Of a stretch of 51,964 bases of DNA, positions 25,270 through 34,344 are shown one piece after another (position 1 is the first letter of the stretch; every line of letters begins with the position of its first letter). This stretch comes from Actinomycetota bacterium. GTDB taxonomy: Bacteria; Actinomycetota; UBA4738; CALAEC01. Below the pieces are notes generated by a model. It saw nothing but the letters and a program-made list of their open reading frames with translations. It was not told the origin of the DNA and did no database searches. The stretch is from assembly GCA_050693165.1 (NCBI GenBank), contig JBOGVX010000120.1:1-51964 (forward strand), given 5' to 3'. The position numbers and the translations under genes are program-made.

Positions 25270-27290
25270 GGCGAGCCCTCTCTCTCCTGTTCCTGCTGCT
25301 CGCCGCGACTCCCCCGGCGGCGGTCGCTCAGGAGGAGGGCGGCCCGGTGCGCCTCGTCCTGCTGCAGCAGACCCCATCTGCCACACCGACCGAGCCCTTC
25401 CAGATCCGGGTCGGCGCCGTCAACGAGTCACCGGCCGGCTACAGAGACCTGCAGCTGACGGTCGCCGTCTACTCGGCGATCGGGTCTCGCTCGGAGTACG
25501 AGCAGACGCTCACGTCGGGGTCCGTCTCGCCTGTGGCAGCGGCGCCGCGCGCGGTGCGCGGGGCGCTCGAGTCCGGTGACGGGCGCTCCTTCCCTCCGAT
25601 CGAGCTCGGACTGGACGACCTGACGGTCAACGCGCTGTACCCGGTGACCGTTGAGCTCCGCGCCGACGGCGGGGTCACTCCCCTCGCCGTGCTGCGGACA
25701 TCTGTGGTCTTCATAGCGACCCCGCCGGAAGTTCCGCTCAACGTCTCACTCTCGTTCGTCATCGACGAGCCGATCCGCATGCGTCCGGACGGCGTGCTGC
25801 TCGACGACTCTCTGGAACGCTCGCTGGCCCCCGGAGGGAAGGTCGCGAACATCGTCGCGGCTCTCGAGGCAGCACCGGTGCCCGTAACCCTCGCATTCTC
25901 ACCGTTACTGCTCGAGGAGGTAAGGCGGATGGGCGAGGGGTACCGGATACAGGAAGCTGGAGCGATCAGGCAGGTGGCGGCCGGCCAGGCGGGGGCCATC
26001 GCGGCGGCCGAGATGCTCGAGCGCCTCAAGGCTGTGGTGCGCCACGCTGGAACGGAAGTGGTGGCGCTCCCCTACGCCTCTCCGTCCATCCCCGCGCTGG
26101 CCGAGGCCGGCCTCGGGACCGACCTTCGCACGCACATCGATCGCGGGAGGGCCGTGGTTAAGAACGTGCTCGGCATCGAGCCTTCCCAGACCATCTTCCG
26201 TCCGCCGGGGTCGGCCCTGTCCGAAACGTCCCTTGACCTGCTGACCCTCCTGCTCGCGGCGGACGGCCAGACCGAGGCGCTCCTGGTGGACCCGGAGGTC
26301 CTTCAGCCGCCGGTCGGGCTCACGCTCTCCCCGCCGGCAGTCGCAGCGCTTCGCACGTCCGGCGGGGAGCTGCCGGCCATCGCGCCGGATCCGATCCTTG
26401 AGGAGCGCACCGACGCGCTTCCGGCCAACCCGGCGCTCGCGGCGATGCGGACGCTCGGCGAGCTCTCCGCTCTCTACTTCGAGCAGCCGAGCCTGGATCG
26501 TGGCGCGGCCATCGTCTTCTCGGAGGACGAGACGCCCCAGCCGGAGCTGCTGAACACGCTCCTTCGCGGCCTCGTGCCTCGGCCGGGCACATCATGGCTG
26601 CGGCCGATGAGCGCGACACGCGTGCTGTTCGCCGAGACCTCGGAGGAGGATCCACCGCTTCAGGAGCGACTCCTGCAGCAGTCCTCGCGATCGGCTTCGG
26701 TTCCCGACAGCGTCGTTGCGGCGGTCGACCTCGCCGAGGAGACGGTCGGGCGCCTCGAGTCGGTCGAAGCTCCGGCGGATCTGGTGGAGCAGCTCCACCG
26801 CCGGGTTCTTCTGAGCGAGTCCCGGTACCTACTCGGGCGAGAGGACCTCGCGCTGGCGTTCCTCGACTCCGCCACGCGGATCGTGGAGTCGGAGTTCGAG
26901 AAGATCCGCCCGCCCGATGAGAGCACGAAGATCACACTCACGTCCCGTGGTGGAGTGATACCGCTGACGATCCGCAACGACGCCGGCTATCCCGTGCACG
27001 TGCGCGTCGCGCTCCGAGCATCTCGCCTCGAGTTCCTGGAGGGCGCCAGCAGGGAGGTCACGCTCGAGCCACCCGGTGAGGCCTTCTCGTTCCCGGTGCG
27101 CGCACAGACGACGGGTCGCTTCGCCGTTCGCGTCGAGGTGCAGACCCCCGACCGGATCCCGATCGCCTCCTCGACCATCGCGGTCCGGTCGACCGCGTAC
27201 AACAGGGTGGCGCTGATCCTGACGATCGGAGCTGCGGTGTTCCTGGCGCTGTGGTGGGGAAGGAGGTTCCTGCCTCGCCGGAGGGCCTGA
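25266..27290 (+). CDS. large secreted, C-terminally anchored conserved protein (positional equivalent of mycobacterial Rv3909)
   Basis: ATG 25266 (ATGA overlap). The signal peptide is MRRALSLLFLLLAATPPAAVAQ. The C-terminus is VALILTIGAAVFLALWWGRRFLPRRRA. It lies between the NUDIX gene and murJ. Confidence 0.7.
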   Translation: MRRALSLLFLLLAATPPAAVAQEEGGPVRLVLLQQTPSATPTEPFQIRVGAVNESPAGYRDLQLTVAVYSAIGSRSEYEQTLTSGSVSPVAAAPRAVRGALESGDGRSFPPIELGLDDLTVNALYPVTVELRADGGVTPLAVLRTSVVFIATPPEVPLNVSLSFVIDEPIRMRPDGVLLDDSLERSLAPGGKVANIVAALEAAPVPVTLAFSPLLLEEVRRMGEGYRIQEAGAIRQVAAGQAGAIAAAEMLERLKAVVRHAGTEVVALPYASPSIPALAEAGLGTDLRTHIDRGRAVVKNVLGIEPSQTIFRPPGSALSETSLDLLTLLLAADGQTEALLVDPEVLQPPVGLTLSPPAVAALRTSGGELPAIAPDPILEERTDALPANPALAAMRTLGELSALYFEQPSLDRGAAIVFSEDETPQPELLNTLLRGLVPRPGTSWLRPMSATRVLFAETSEEDPPLQERLLQQSSRSASVPDSVVAAVDLAEETVGRLESVEAPADLVEQLHRRVLLSESRYLLGREDLALAFLDSATRIVESEFEKIRPPDESTKITLTSRGGVIPLTIRNDAGYPVHVRVALRASRLEFLEGASREVTLEPPGEAFSFPVRAQTTGRFAVRVEVQTPDRIPIASSTIAVRSTAYNRVALILTIGAAVFLALWWGRRFLPRRRA

Positions 27291-28903
27291 GCTCCGGGGA
27301 TGCACGGCTCGTGCGCGCGACCGCGGGCATGGCGGTCGGCACGACGCTGTCGAGACTCACGGGGTTCCTGAGGGTTGCAGCGATGGCCTTCGCGCTGGGC
27401 GTCGCCGAGACGCGGCTGGCCGACTCCTACAACGTCGCCAACAACATCCCGAACATCGTCTACGAGCTGATACTCGGCGGGATCCTCACCTCGGTATTCG
27501 TGCCGATCTTCGTCCGCCAGCTCACCAAGCGATCCCGCGAAGAGGCGTGGCAGTCGGCTCAGGCAGTCCTCACCGTGACGTTCCTCGTGCTGGCCGTTGT
27601 GACGGTGGTCGGCATCCTGGCCGCGCCGTGGATCGTGCGTCTGTACACGGCGAGGATCCCGGGCGTCGAGCAGCGCGCCGCCGTACAGGAGCTGGCCACG
27701 CTCTTCCTGCGCTTCTTCATGCCGCAGATACTTCTCTACGGGGTCGGCGCCGTGGCCACGGGGCTGCTGAATGCGCACAAGCGGTTCCAGGCGCCGATGT
27801 TCGCGCCGATCCTCAACAACCTGATCGTCATCGCGACCTTCCTGACGTTCGCGTTCATGCCCGGACCGTCCCAACCAGGGCCCGAGACCATCACTTTCGC
27901 GCAGAAGCTCGTGCTCGGCGCCGGCACCACTCTCGGCGTGGTCGGGATGACACTGGCCCTGTGGCCGTCGCTTCGAAAGATCGGGTTCAGATGGCGATGG
28001 CGTCCCGAACTGCGCAACGAGGCCGTGCGCTCGCTCGTGCGGCTGTCGGGGTGGGCCGTGCTGTACGTCGCCCTGAACCAGCTCGGGCTCCTGGTCGTCA
28101 TAGTCCTCGCCGGCGAGGTCACCGGCGGCTACACCGCCTACCAGGCGGCGTTCATCTTCTTCCAGCTCCCGCACGCGATCTTCTCGGTCTCGATCATGAC
28201 CGCGCTGCTCCCGACGCTCTCCGAGAGCTGGATCCGGGAGGACCGCGATGGGTTCCGCTCGAACCTGGCAAGGGGCATACGAGCCTCGGCGTTCGTGGTC
28301 CTGCCCGCCGCCGCGGGCTACCTCGTCCTCGCACGTCCGATCGTTCGACTCCTCCTCGAACACGGCGTTGCCGGGGCAGAGTCCTCCCTGCTCGTCTCGA
28401 AGGTGCTCGTCTATTTCGCGATCGGCCTGTTCTCCTTCTCGGCGTTCATGCTGTTCCTGCGCGCCTTCTTCGCGATGGACGACACTCGCACGCCGGCCCT
28501 CATCAACGTGTTCGCGGTGGGAGTCAACACGGCAGCGAACCTGATCCTCTTCCCGGCGCTCGGCGTGCCGGGCCTGGCGCTCGGCCACGCGATCGCCTAC
28601 ACGTTCGCCGCCACCACTGCCGCTGTGATTTTGAGGCGGCGGATCGGGGGACTCGAGGGTCGCTCGCTGGCGAGAAGCATGTCCAGGATCGTCTTGGCGG
28701 CGGCCGCCACGGGAGGCGCCTCCTGGCTCGCCGTTCACGCGCTGAGCGCCGCGGTGAGCGCGGAAACTTTCGCGGGACAGCTGACCCAAGTCGGGGTTGG
28801 GGTGGGGGTCGGACTGCTAACCTTCGTCCTGGCGGCCCTGGTGTTGAGGATCGAGGAGTTCGACTTGGTGAAGCGGACCCTGTTGGCACGTTCCCGCAAA
28901 TGA
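27251..28903 (+). CDS. murJ: lipid II flippase MurJ/MviN (flippase domain only)
   Basis: MAVGTTLSRLTGFLRVAAMAFALGV...ADSYNVANNIPNIVYELILGG is the MurJ N-terminal signature. The protein is polytopic. The start is uncertain: GTG 27251, GTG 27311 or ATG 27329. Confidence 0.9.
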   Translation: MVGKEVPASPEGLSSGDARLVRATAGMAVGTTLSRLTGFLRVAAMAFALGVAETRLADSYNVANNIPNIVYELILGGILTSVFVPIFVRQLTKRSREEAWQSAQAVLTVTFLVLAVVTVVGILAAPWIVRLYTARIPGVEQRAAVQELATLFLRFFMPQILLYGVGAVATGLLNAHKRFQAPMFAPILNNLIVIATFLTFAFMPGPSQPGPETITFAQKLVLGAGTTLGVVGMTLALWPSLRKIGFRWRWRPELRNEAVRSLVRLSGWAVLYVALNQLGLLVVIVLAGEVTGGYTAYQAAFIFFQLPHAIFSVSIMTALLPTLSESWIREDRDGFRSNLARGIRASAFVVLPAAAGYLVLARPIVRLLLEHGVAGAESSLLVSKVLVYFAIGLFSFSAFMLFLRAFFAMDDTRTPALINVFAVGVNTAANLILFPALGVPGLALGHAIAYTFAATTAAVILRRRIGGLEGRSLARSMSRIVLAAAATGGASWLAVHALSAAVSAETFAGQLTQVGVGVGVGLLTFVLAALVLRIEEFDLVKRTLLARSRK

Positions 28904-29322
28904 CGACTTCCCGCCGCCTCGGCGATCAGCGTGGAGTCGTCGGCATCTCCCTTGTCCGATGGGGGATCGTACTCGTCCTCCTCGGCCTGGTCCTTATCGA
29001 GGGTGGCAGCATCATCTTCACGACGATCGGGCTGCAGAACGCGGCCGACGTGGCCGGGATCGATGCTGCCGACACCTGGGCGAAGACCGGAAACCTCGAC
29101 GCCTCCAGGCAGGCCGCGCTGCTTGCGCTGCGCTCCCGCGATCAGGACGCGGCTCGCATCCCCCGCAACTCCTTCGAGGCCGATGGAGCACCCACGTTCG
29201 AGGTCCGGTTCGAGGTCGTGAAGCAGGCCCGCACCCTGGTCGTTCAGCACATCGGGTTCCTCGAGGATCTCGCCGAAGTCAGCATCGATGTCGAGGCGCG
29301 GCCCATCGAAACCGACGTCTGA
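28900..29322 (+). CDS. small single-pass membrane protein, function unknown (weak TadE-like N-terminus)
   Basis: ATG 28900 overlaps the murJ stop (ATGA). The product begins MTTSRRLGDQRGVVGISLVRWGIVLVLLGLVLIEGGSIIF, followed by a soluble domain of about 100 aa. Confidence 0.6.
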   Translation: MTTSRRLGDQRGVVGISLVRWGIVLVLLGLVLIEGGSIIFTTIGLQNAADVAGIDAADTWAKTGNLDASRQAALLALRSRDQDAARIPRNSFEADGAPTFEVRFEVVKQARTLVVQHIGFLEDLAEVSIDVEARPIETDV

Positions 29323-29357
29323 TCCGGTTGACCAGCGCCATCCGTAGACTTGTCGCG

Positions 29358-30836
29358 GTGGATGCCGAACGACCACATCTGAAGAGTCTTCGTCTGGCCG
29401 ATCGCTACGTCCTGGAGGAGCAGCTTGCCTCAGGGGGCATGGGCTCGCTCTGGATCGCGCGTGACGACCTGCTTGGACGTCCCGTCGCCGTCAAGGTGCT
29501 GCACGAGCACCTCGCTCGAGACCGTGCCCTCCTCGAGCGCTTCCGCTTGGAGGCGGTGTCGGCGGCACGTCTGTCCCACCCGGCAGTGGTTCGAGTCTTC
29601 GACACCGGCGTCGACGAAGGCGCCTGCTACATAGTGATGGAGCTCGTCGACGGATCGACTCTGAGGGAGCTGCTCTCAGACGGGGCTCTTCCGCCCGGCG
29701 AGGCCGCCCGGATCCTGCGCGGCGTGCTTCAGGCGCTCGCCCACGCGCATCGAGAAGGAGTGATCCACGGGGACGTGAAGCCGGGCAACATCCTCGTTGG
29801 ACACGACGGGATGGTGAAGCTCGCCGACTTCGGCATCGCGAAGGCAGCATTCGCCCAGCACGACGCCACGACAACGGGCGACCTGCTCGGAACCTCCCGC
29901 TATCTGTCGCCGGAGCAGGTCGCCGGAGAAGAAGTCGACCACCGCTCGGACCTGTACTCGTCGGGAGTCGTGCTCTATGAGCTGCTGACGGGACGCCCAC
30001 CCTTCGTGGCGGACTCGCACATCGCGACGGCCACGATGCGGCTCACAAAGGACCCCGCTCCGCCCGGCTCGATCCGCCCCGGCATATCCCGGCAACTCGA
30101 ATCCGTGGTGATGCGCTCGCTGGCCCGCGAGCCCGACCAGCGGTTCCAGACCGCCGAGGAGATGAGCTCGGCGCTCGATCACGCAACCCCGGCGGCCACA
30201 CGGGTCAGGGAGGAACCAACCGAAAGGCACCAGCTCGTGGCGCCGCAGCCGAGGCGCTCGATGCTGGGCTCGTGGATGGCGATACCGATCATCCTCGCCG
30301 TGATCGCCGCGCTGATCGTGGGCGGCTTCTTCCTGCTGGAGGGCATCGCTCCGGACGAGCCCGGCCAGGGCGAAGAGAGCACTCTCGTTGCAGCGCCCCT
30401 CGAGATCAATGCCGTCCGCTCGTATGACCCGGAGGGCTCCGGCGTGCTCGGGGAGCACGACGACAATCTCGGTCAAGCCATCGATGGCGACCCCGCTACT
30501 TACTGGTCGACGGAGGGCTACGACCAAGACTTCCCCCTCGTGAAAGCCGGAGTGGGGCTCGTCCTGGATCTCGGGGCCGAGGTTCAGGTCGGACATGTGC
30601 GCATCCAGACAGACCTTCCGGGCTGGGACTTCAACGTCTACGCGGGGGAATCCCCCGACAGTTTCTCCTTAGCCGAGCCACTGATCGCTTCAGAGCAGAC
30701 CGCGCTCGAGTCCGAGATATACGATCTCGAGCCGATAGAGACTCGCTACGTGCTGATCTGGATGACGGGCCTGGTTCAGTCGGATAGATACCGGGCACAG
30801 ATCAATGAGATAGAGCTTCTTTCTCCCGGTGCGTGA
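29358..30836 (+). CDS. Hanks-type Ser/Thr protein kinase, single TM, extracellular discoidin/galactose-binding-like domain
   Basis: LASGGMGSLW (Gly loop), VAVKVL, IHGDVKPGNIL, LADFG and SPEQ. The TM segment is WMAIPIILAVIAALIVGGFFLL. The extracellular part reads AIDGDPATYWSTEGY...LVLDLG...YVLIWMT. Start is GTG 29358 or TTG 29328. Confidence 0.85.
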   Translation: MDAERPHLKSLRLADRYVLEEQLASGGMGSLWIARDDLLGRPVAVKVLHEHLARDRALLERFRLEAVSAARLSHPAVVRVFDTGVDEGACYIVMELVDGSTLRELLSDGALPPGEAARILRGVLQALAHAHREGVIHGDVKPGNILVGHDGMVKLADFGIAKAAFAQHDATTTGDLLGTSRYLSPEQVAGEEVDHRSDLYSSGVVLYELLTGRPPFVADSHIATATMRLTKDPAPPGSIRPGISRQLESVVMRSLAREPDQRFQTAEEMSSALDHATPAATRVREEPTERHQLVAPQPRRSMLGSWMAIPIILAVIAALIVGGFFLLEGIAPDEPGQGEESTLVAAPLEINAVRSYDPEGSGVLGEHDDNLGQAIDGDPATYWSTEGYDQDFPLVKAGVGLVLDLGAEVQVGHVRIQTDLPGWDFNVYAGESPDSFSLAEPLIASEQTALESEIYDLEPIETRYVLIWMTGLVQSDRYRAQINEIELLSPGA

Positions 30837-31401
30837 CGTCCCCGACGACGAGCTGATCCGCAGGCACCTCACGGGTGACCGCGCCGCCTTCGGAGCCCTG
30901 GTCGAACGCCACCAGACGCGCGTGTACAACCTCGCGTATCGGATGCTGGGACGCCCCGAGGACGCCGCCGACGCCACGCAGGACGCCTTCGTCACTGCGA
31001 TGCGGAAGCTCGAGGGTTTCCGAGGTGCCTCCTCGTTCACGACCTGGCTCCATCGCGTCACGGTCAACACGTGCTACGACGCTCTGCGCAAGCGCCAGCG
31101 GGAGATCCCCGTCGAGGAGGAGGAACAGACCGACTCGCCCGCGCCGGGTGACGTGGCCGAGGAATCGGCGACCGCCGTGGACGTGCAGCGAGCCCTGCTC
31201 GAGGTCCCCGAGGAGTTCCGGGCGGTCCTGATCATGCACGACGTCCAGGGATTGCCCTACGAGGCCATCGCCGAAGCGCTCGGCGCGCCGATCGGAACCG
31301 TGAAGTCGCGCCTGCACAGGGGCCGGGTCTCTCTGGCCCGGGCCCTGCGCGGGGAACAACGCGCGGGGTCCCGTGCGTCCAAACAGCGAGGAGCACTGTG
31401 A
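30829..31401 (+). CDS. ECF (group 4) RNA polymerase sigma factor (SigM-like by position)
   Basis: Region 2 (DAADATQDAFVTAMRKL, FTTWLHRVTVNTCYD) and region 4 (EALGAPIGTVKSRLHRGR). GTG 30829 overlaps the kinase stop. Confidence 0.9.
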   Translation: MRDVPDDELIRRHLTGDRAAFGALVERHQTRVYNLAYRMLGRPEDAADATQDAFVTAMRKLEGFRGASSFTTWLHRVTVNTCYDALRKRQREIPVEEEEQTDSPAPGDVAEESATAVDVQRALLEVPEEFRAVLIMHDVQGLPYEAIAEALGAPIGTVKSRLHRGRVSLARALRGEQRAGSRASKQRGAL

Positions 31402-32249
31402 ACGAGCATCCCGAAGAGCTTCTGGCCGAGTACGTCGACGACGCGCTCTCCGCGGGCGAACGAGCTCGCGTGGAGGAGCATCTCTCGACGTGCCAGCAGT
31501 GCCGCGAGGAAGTGGAGCTTTCCACCTCTGCTCTCGCGATCCTGGCGTCGGTGCCCGAGCTCGAGGCCCCGCCCGGAGTCGCGCTCGCGGTGAGGCGCCG
31601 AGAGCGTCAGGCCCCCTCGAGGGTGGTTCGCCTGGTCGCCACCTATGCCGCGGCGGCAGCCCTCGTGGCCGCCGGCGTGGTGGTGCTCGGCAACCTCGGC
31701 CAGGGGGATTCCGCGGCCCCCGGAGGTGGTGGAGACGCGGCCACCGGCGAGCGATCTGAGGCCGAAGGCGGAGGCGGCGGGGTGGGTGGCGAGGACCCGG
31801 CGACGTCCGGGGAGGTGGCTCAGGACCAGTCGGACGGGCCGGCCCCCGCCCTCGCGGCGACGGGCCCGGTGGTCCCCACTTACGAGGAGTCCGACCGCCG
31901 CTACCGGTCGAAAGACCTCGCCCCGCTGGCCCGCAAGCTTCGTGACGATGCGCAGGCTGCGATCGCGGCGGGCCTGTCCCCGACGGCGACGAGCTACTTC
32001 GACGGCTTCGACCCCGCGGCCTTCGGCCCCGAAGTCGAGCAGGCCATCCGATGCGTGCTCAACGAGATCCCTCCGAGCCAGCTCGTGGTGCCGTTCCGGA
32101 TCGAGGCCGCCTCTTTCGAGGGCTCGCCCGCCTACATCGCCGCGTTCCTGCAGGGACCAACTCCTGACGACCCCTACGACCGGATCGTGATCTGGGTCGT
32201 CCACCGGGAGAGCTGCAGCCTCCTCTCCCTTGCCACACAGGTCCTGTAG
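31398..32249 (+). CDS. anti-sigma factor (zf-HC2 type), single TM
   Basis: The N-terminus YVDDALSAGERARVEEHLSTCQQCREEV carries the H-x3-C-x2-C motif. The TM segment is LVATYAAAAALVAAGVVVLG. GTGA overlap with the sigma gene. Confidence 0.8.
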   Translation: MNEHPEELLAEYVDDALSAGERARVEEHLSTCQQCREEVELSTSALAILASVPELEAPPGVALAVRRRERQAPSRVVRLVATYAAAAALVAAGVVVLGNLGQGDSAAPGGGGDAATGERSEAEGGGGGVGGEDPATSGEVAQDQSDGPAPALAATGPVVPTYEESDRRYRSKDLAPLARKLRDDAQAAIAAGLSPTATSYFDGFDPAAFGPEVEQAIRCVLNEIPPSQLVVPFRIEAASFEGSPAYIAAFLQGPTPDDPYDRIVIWVVHRESCSLLSLATQVL

Positions 32250-32297
32250 CCGGCCGGAATACCCTCTCGTTGGAACGGTTGGAGGGCATGCGCGACA

Positions 32298-33233
32298 ATG
32301 ACCGACAACGTGGACGAACGGAACATCGTGATCATCGGCTCGGGCCCGGCGGGGTTCACCGCCGCGCTCTATGCCGCCAGGGCCAACCTCAAGCCGGTCG
32401 TGCTCAAGGGCCTCGAGGCCGGCGGCCAGCTCATGCTGACCACCGAGGTCGAGAACTACCCGGGCTTCCCCGAGGGCATCCTCGGACCCGAGCTGATGGA
32501 GCTCATGGAGAAGCAGGCGGCTCGATTCGACGCGGAGATGCTCCACCAGGCCGCCACCAAGGTCGACTTCTCCTCCGCGCCATTCGGTATCTGGTCGGGT
32601 GACGAGGAGTTCCGCGCCCGCGCCGTGATCATCTCGACCGGCGCCACCGCGCGCATGCTCGGCATCCCCGGCGAGGACCGGCTTCTCGGCCACGGTGTTT
32701 CCACGTGCGCCACGTGCGACGGCTTCTTCTTTCGGGAGCTCGAGCTCGTCGTCGTCGGCGGAGGGGACTCGGCGATGGAGGAAGCGCTGTTCCTCACCAG
32801 GTTCGCCTCCAAGGTGACCGTGGTTCACCGCCGCGGCGAGCTGCGAGCCTCGAAGATCATGCAGCAGCGCGCCAGAGAGAACGAGAAGATCGACTTCATC
32901 TGGGACACGGTCGTCGAGGAGGTGCTCGGCGACAAGACCGTCAGCGGGGTTCGGCTGCGGAACGTGGAGACCGACGAGAAGTCCGACTTCCCGACCAACG
33001 GCATGTTCGTGGCCATCGGTCACACGCCCAACACGGCCGTGTTCGCTGACCAGCTCGAGATGACCGACGGCTACATCACGGTGCGCGAGCCGTCGACCGC
33101 GACGAACGTGGAAGGCGTGTTCGCGGCGGGCGACGTCGTGGACTTCAACTACCGTCAGGCGATCACCGCAGCCGGGATGGGATGCAAGGCGGCCATGGAC
33201 GCCGAGCGGTACCTCGAGGCCCTGGGCCACTGA
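32298..33233 (+). CDS. trxB: thioredoxin-disulfide reductase
   Basis: IIGSGPAGFTAALYAAR (FAD), the redox-active CATCDG, VVGGGDSAMEEA (NADPH) and GVFAAGDV. Confidence 0.95.
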   Translation: MTDNVDERNIVIIGSGPAGFTAALYAARANLKPVVLKGLEAGGQLMLTTEVENYPGFPEGILGPELMELMEKQAARFDAEMLHQAATKVDFSSAPFGIWSGDEEFRARAVIISTGATARMLGIPGEDRLLGHGVSTCATCDGFFFRELELVVVGGGDSAMEEALFLTRFASKVTVVHRRGELRASKIMQQRARENEKIDFIWDTVVEEVLGDKTVSGVRLRNVETDEKSDFPTNGMFVAIGHTPNTAVFADQLEMTDGYITVREPSTATNVEGVFAAGDVVDFNYRQAITAAGMGCKAAMDAERYLEALGH

Positions 33234-33925
33234 AGCCCAGGCTCCTCCTCGCCCTCCTGGTCACGACGCTCGTCTCGCCGCCACACGCGAGCGCTCAGCC
33301 GCCGCAGCTCGTGGCGCCGCCGTCCTACTACAGGCCGGTCGTGGTCGGTGGGTTCACGTTCCCCGTCGCGCGGACGAACTGGCTCTCGGTGATCGAGCAC
33401 GGCGACGACTGGCACGACCCGAGATTCAGGCTGATCGGCGGCGAGTGGCAGCTGGTCGGCGTGCACGAGGGCAACGACATCACCGCCGAGAAGGGAACGC
33501 CGATCCTGTCGGTCACGGCCGGCCACGTGGAGGCCGTCGGATGGACGTTCTACTCGGGCACGCGCGTCGGCGTCCGAGGGGACGACGGCAAGTACTACTT
33601 CTACGCGCACATGTCCCGAATCGCCGGCGGGATTAGCGTGGGCACGCCGGTCGGCCCCGGCACGGTCCTCGGTGCGGTCGGCAACACCGGGTACGGTGAC
33701 CCCGGCCACGAGGACGAGTTCCCTCCCCACCTGCACATCGGCATAGAGGGGCCGAATGGGTGGGAGAACCCGTACCCTTTGGTGCGTAGGCTGTACAGGA
33801 GATCGGTCGCGGTCACGACGCGGCGGGAGGCGGAGCTATCGGCTCTCGGCCGCTCGGGTGACCGGGCCGGCTTCGAGAAGGCAGCCCGGAAGCTCTACGA
33901 GGACCTCTACGCGCGTATGGAATAG
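33182..33925 (+). CDS. M23 (LytM-type) metallopeptidase, secreted
   Basis: HEGNDI (HxxxD), the AVGNTGYG glycine-rich loop and PPHLHIG (HxH). The signal-like segment is LKPRLLLALLVTTLVSPPHASAQ. ATG 33182 is the only canonical upstream start and implies a 52-nt overlap with trxB. Confidence 0.78.
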   Translation: MQGGHGRRAVPRGPGPLKPRLLLALLVTTLVSPPHASAQPPQLVAPPSYYRPVVVGGFTFPVARTNWLSVIEHGDDWHDPRFRLIGGEWQLVGVHEGNDITAEKGTPILSVTAGHVEAVGWTFYSGTRVGVRGDDGKYYFYAHMSRIAGGISVGTPVGPGTVLGAVGNTGYGDPGHEDEFPPHLHIGIEGPNGWENPYPLVRRLYRRSVAVTTRREAELSALGRSGDRAGFEKAARKLYEDLYARME

Positions 33926-33984
33926 GGGTGCTCGCCAGAGGGTTCCTTTGTTGGAGCACGTTGATGCGAAACGGAGGAAATGAG

Positions 33985-34314
33985 ATGGGTGCTGTAAGCG
34001 AAGTCACGGACCAAGAGTTCGAGACCGAGATCCTCAAGTCCGACAAGCCTGTCCTCGTAGACTTCTGGGCCGACTGGTGCGTGCCCTGCCACATGGTCTC
34101 GCCCGTGGTCGAGGAGATCGGCATCGACAAGGCAGAGAAGATGCGCGTGGCCAAGCTCAACATCGACGATAACCCCGACACCGCGCAGCGCTACGGGGTC
34201 ATGAGCATCCCGACTCTGATCCTCTTCGTCGAGGGACAGGAGAAGGCCCGGGTCGTCGGCGCCAAGCCCAAGGAAGCCATCCTCCGGGAGATCCAGGACC
34301 ACATCCCCGCCTAA
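33985..34314 (+). CDS. trxA: thioredoxin (active site WCVPC)
   Basis: MGAVSEVTDQEFETEILKSDKPVLVDFWADWCVPCHMVSP...MSIPTLILF. The RBS ACGGAGGA lies upstream. Confidence 0.92.
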   Translation: MGAVSEVTDQEFETEILKSDKPVLVDFWADWCVPCHMVSPVVEEIGIDKAEKMRVAKLNIDDNPDTAQRYGVMSIPTLILFVEGQEKARVVGAKPKEAILREIQDHIPA

Positions 34315-34344
34315 CCGTTCTCGGTAGGGTCTTACACTTCGCCC

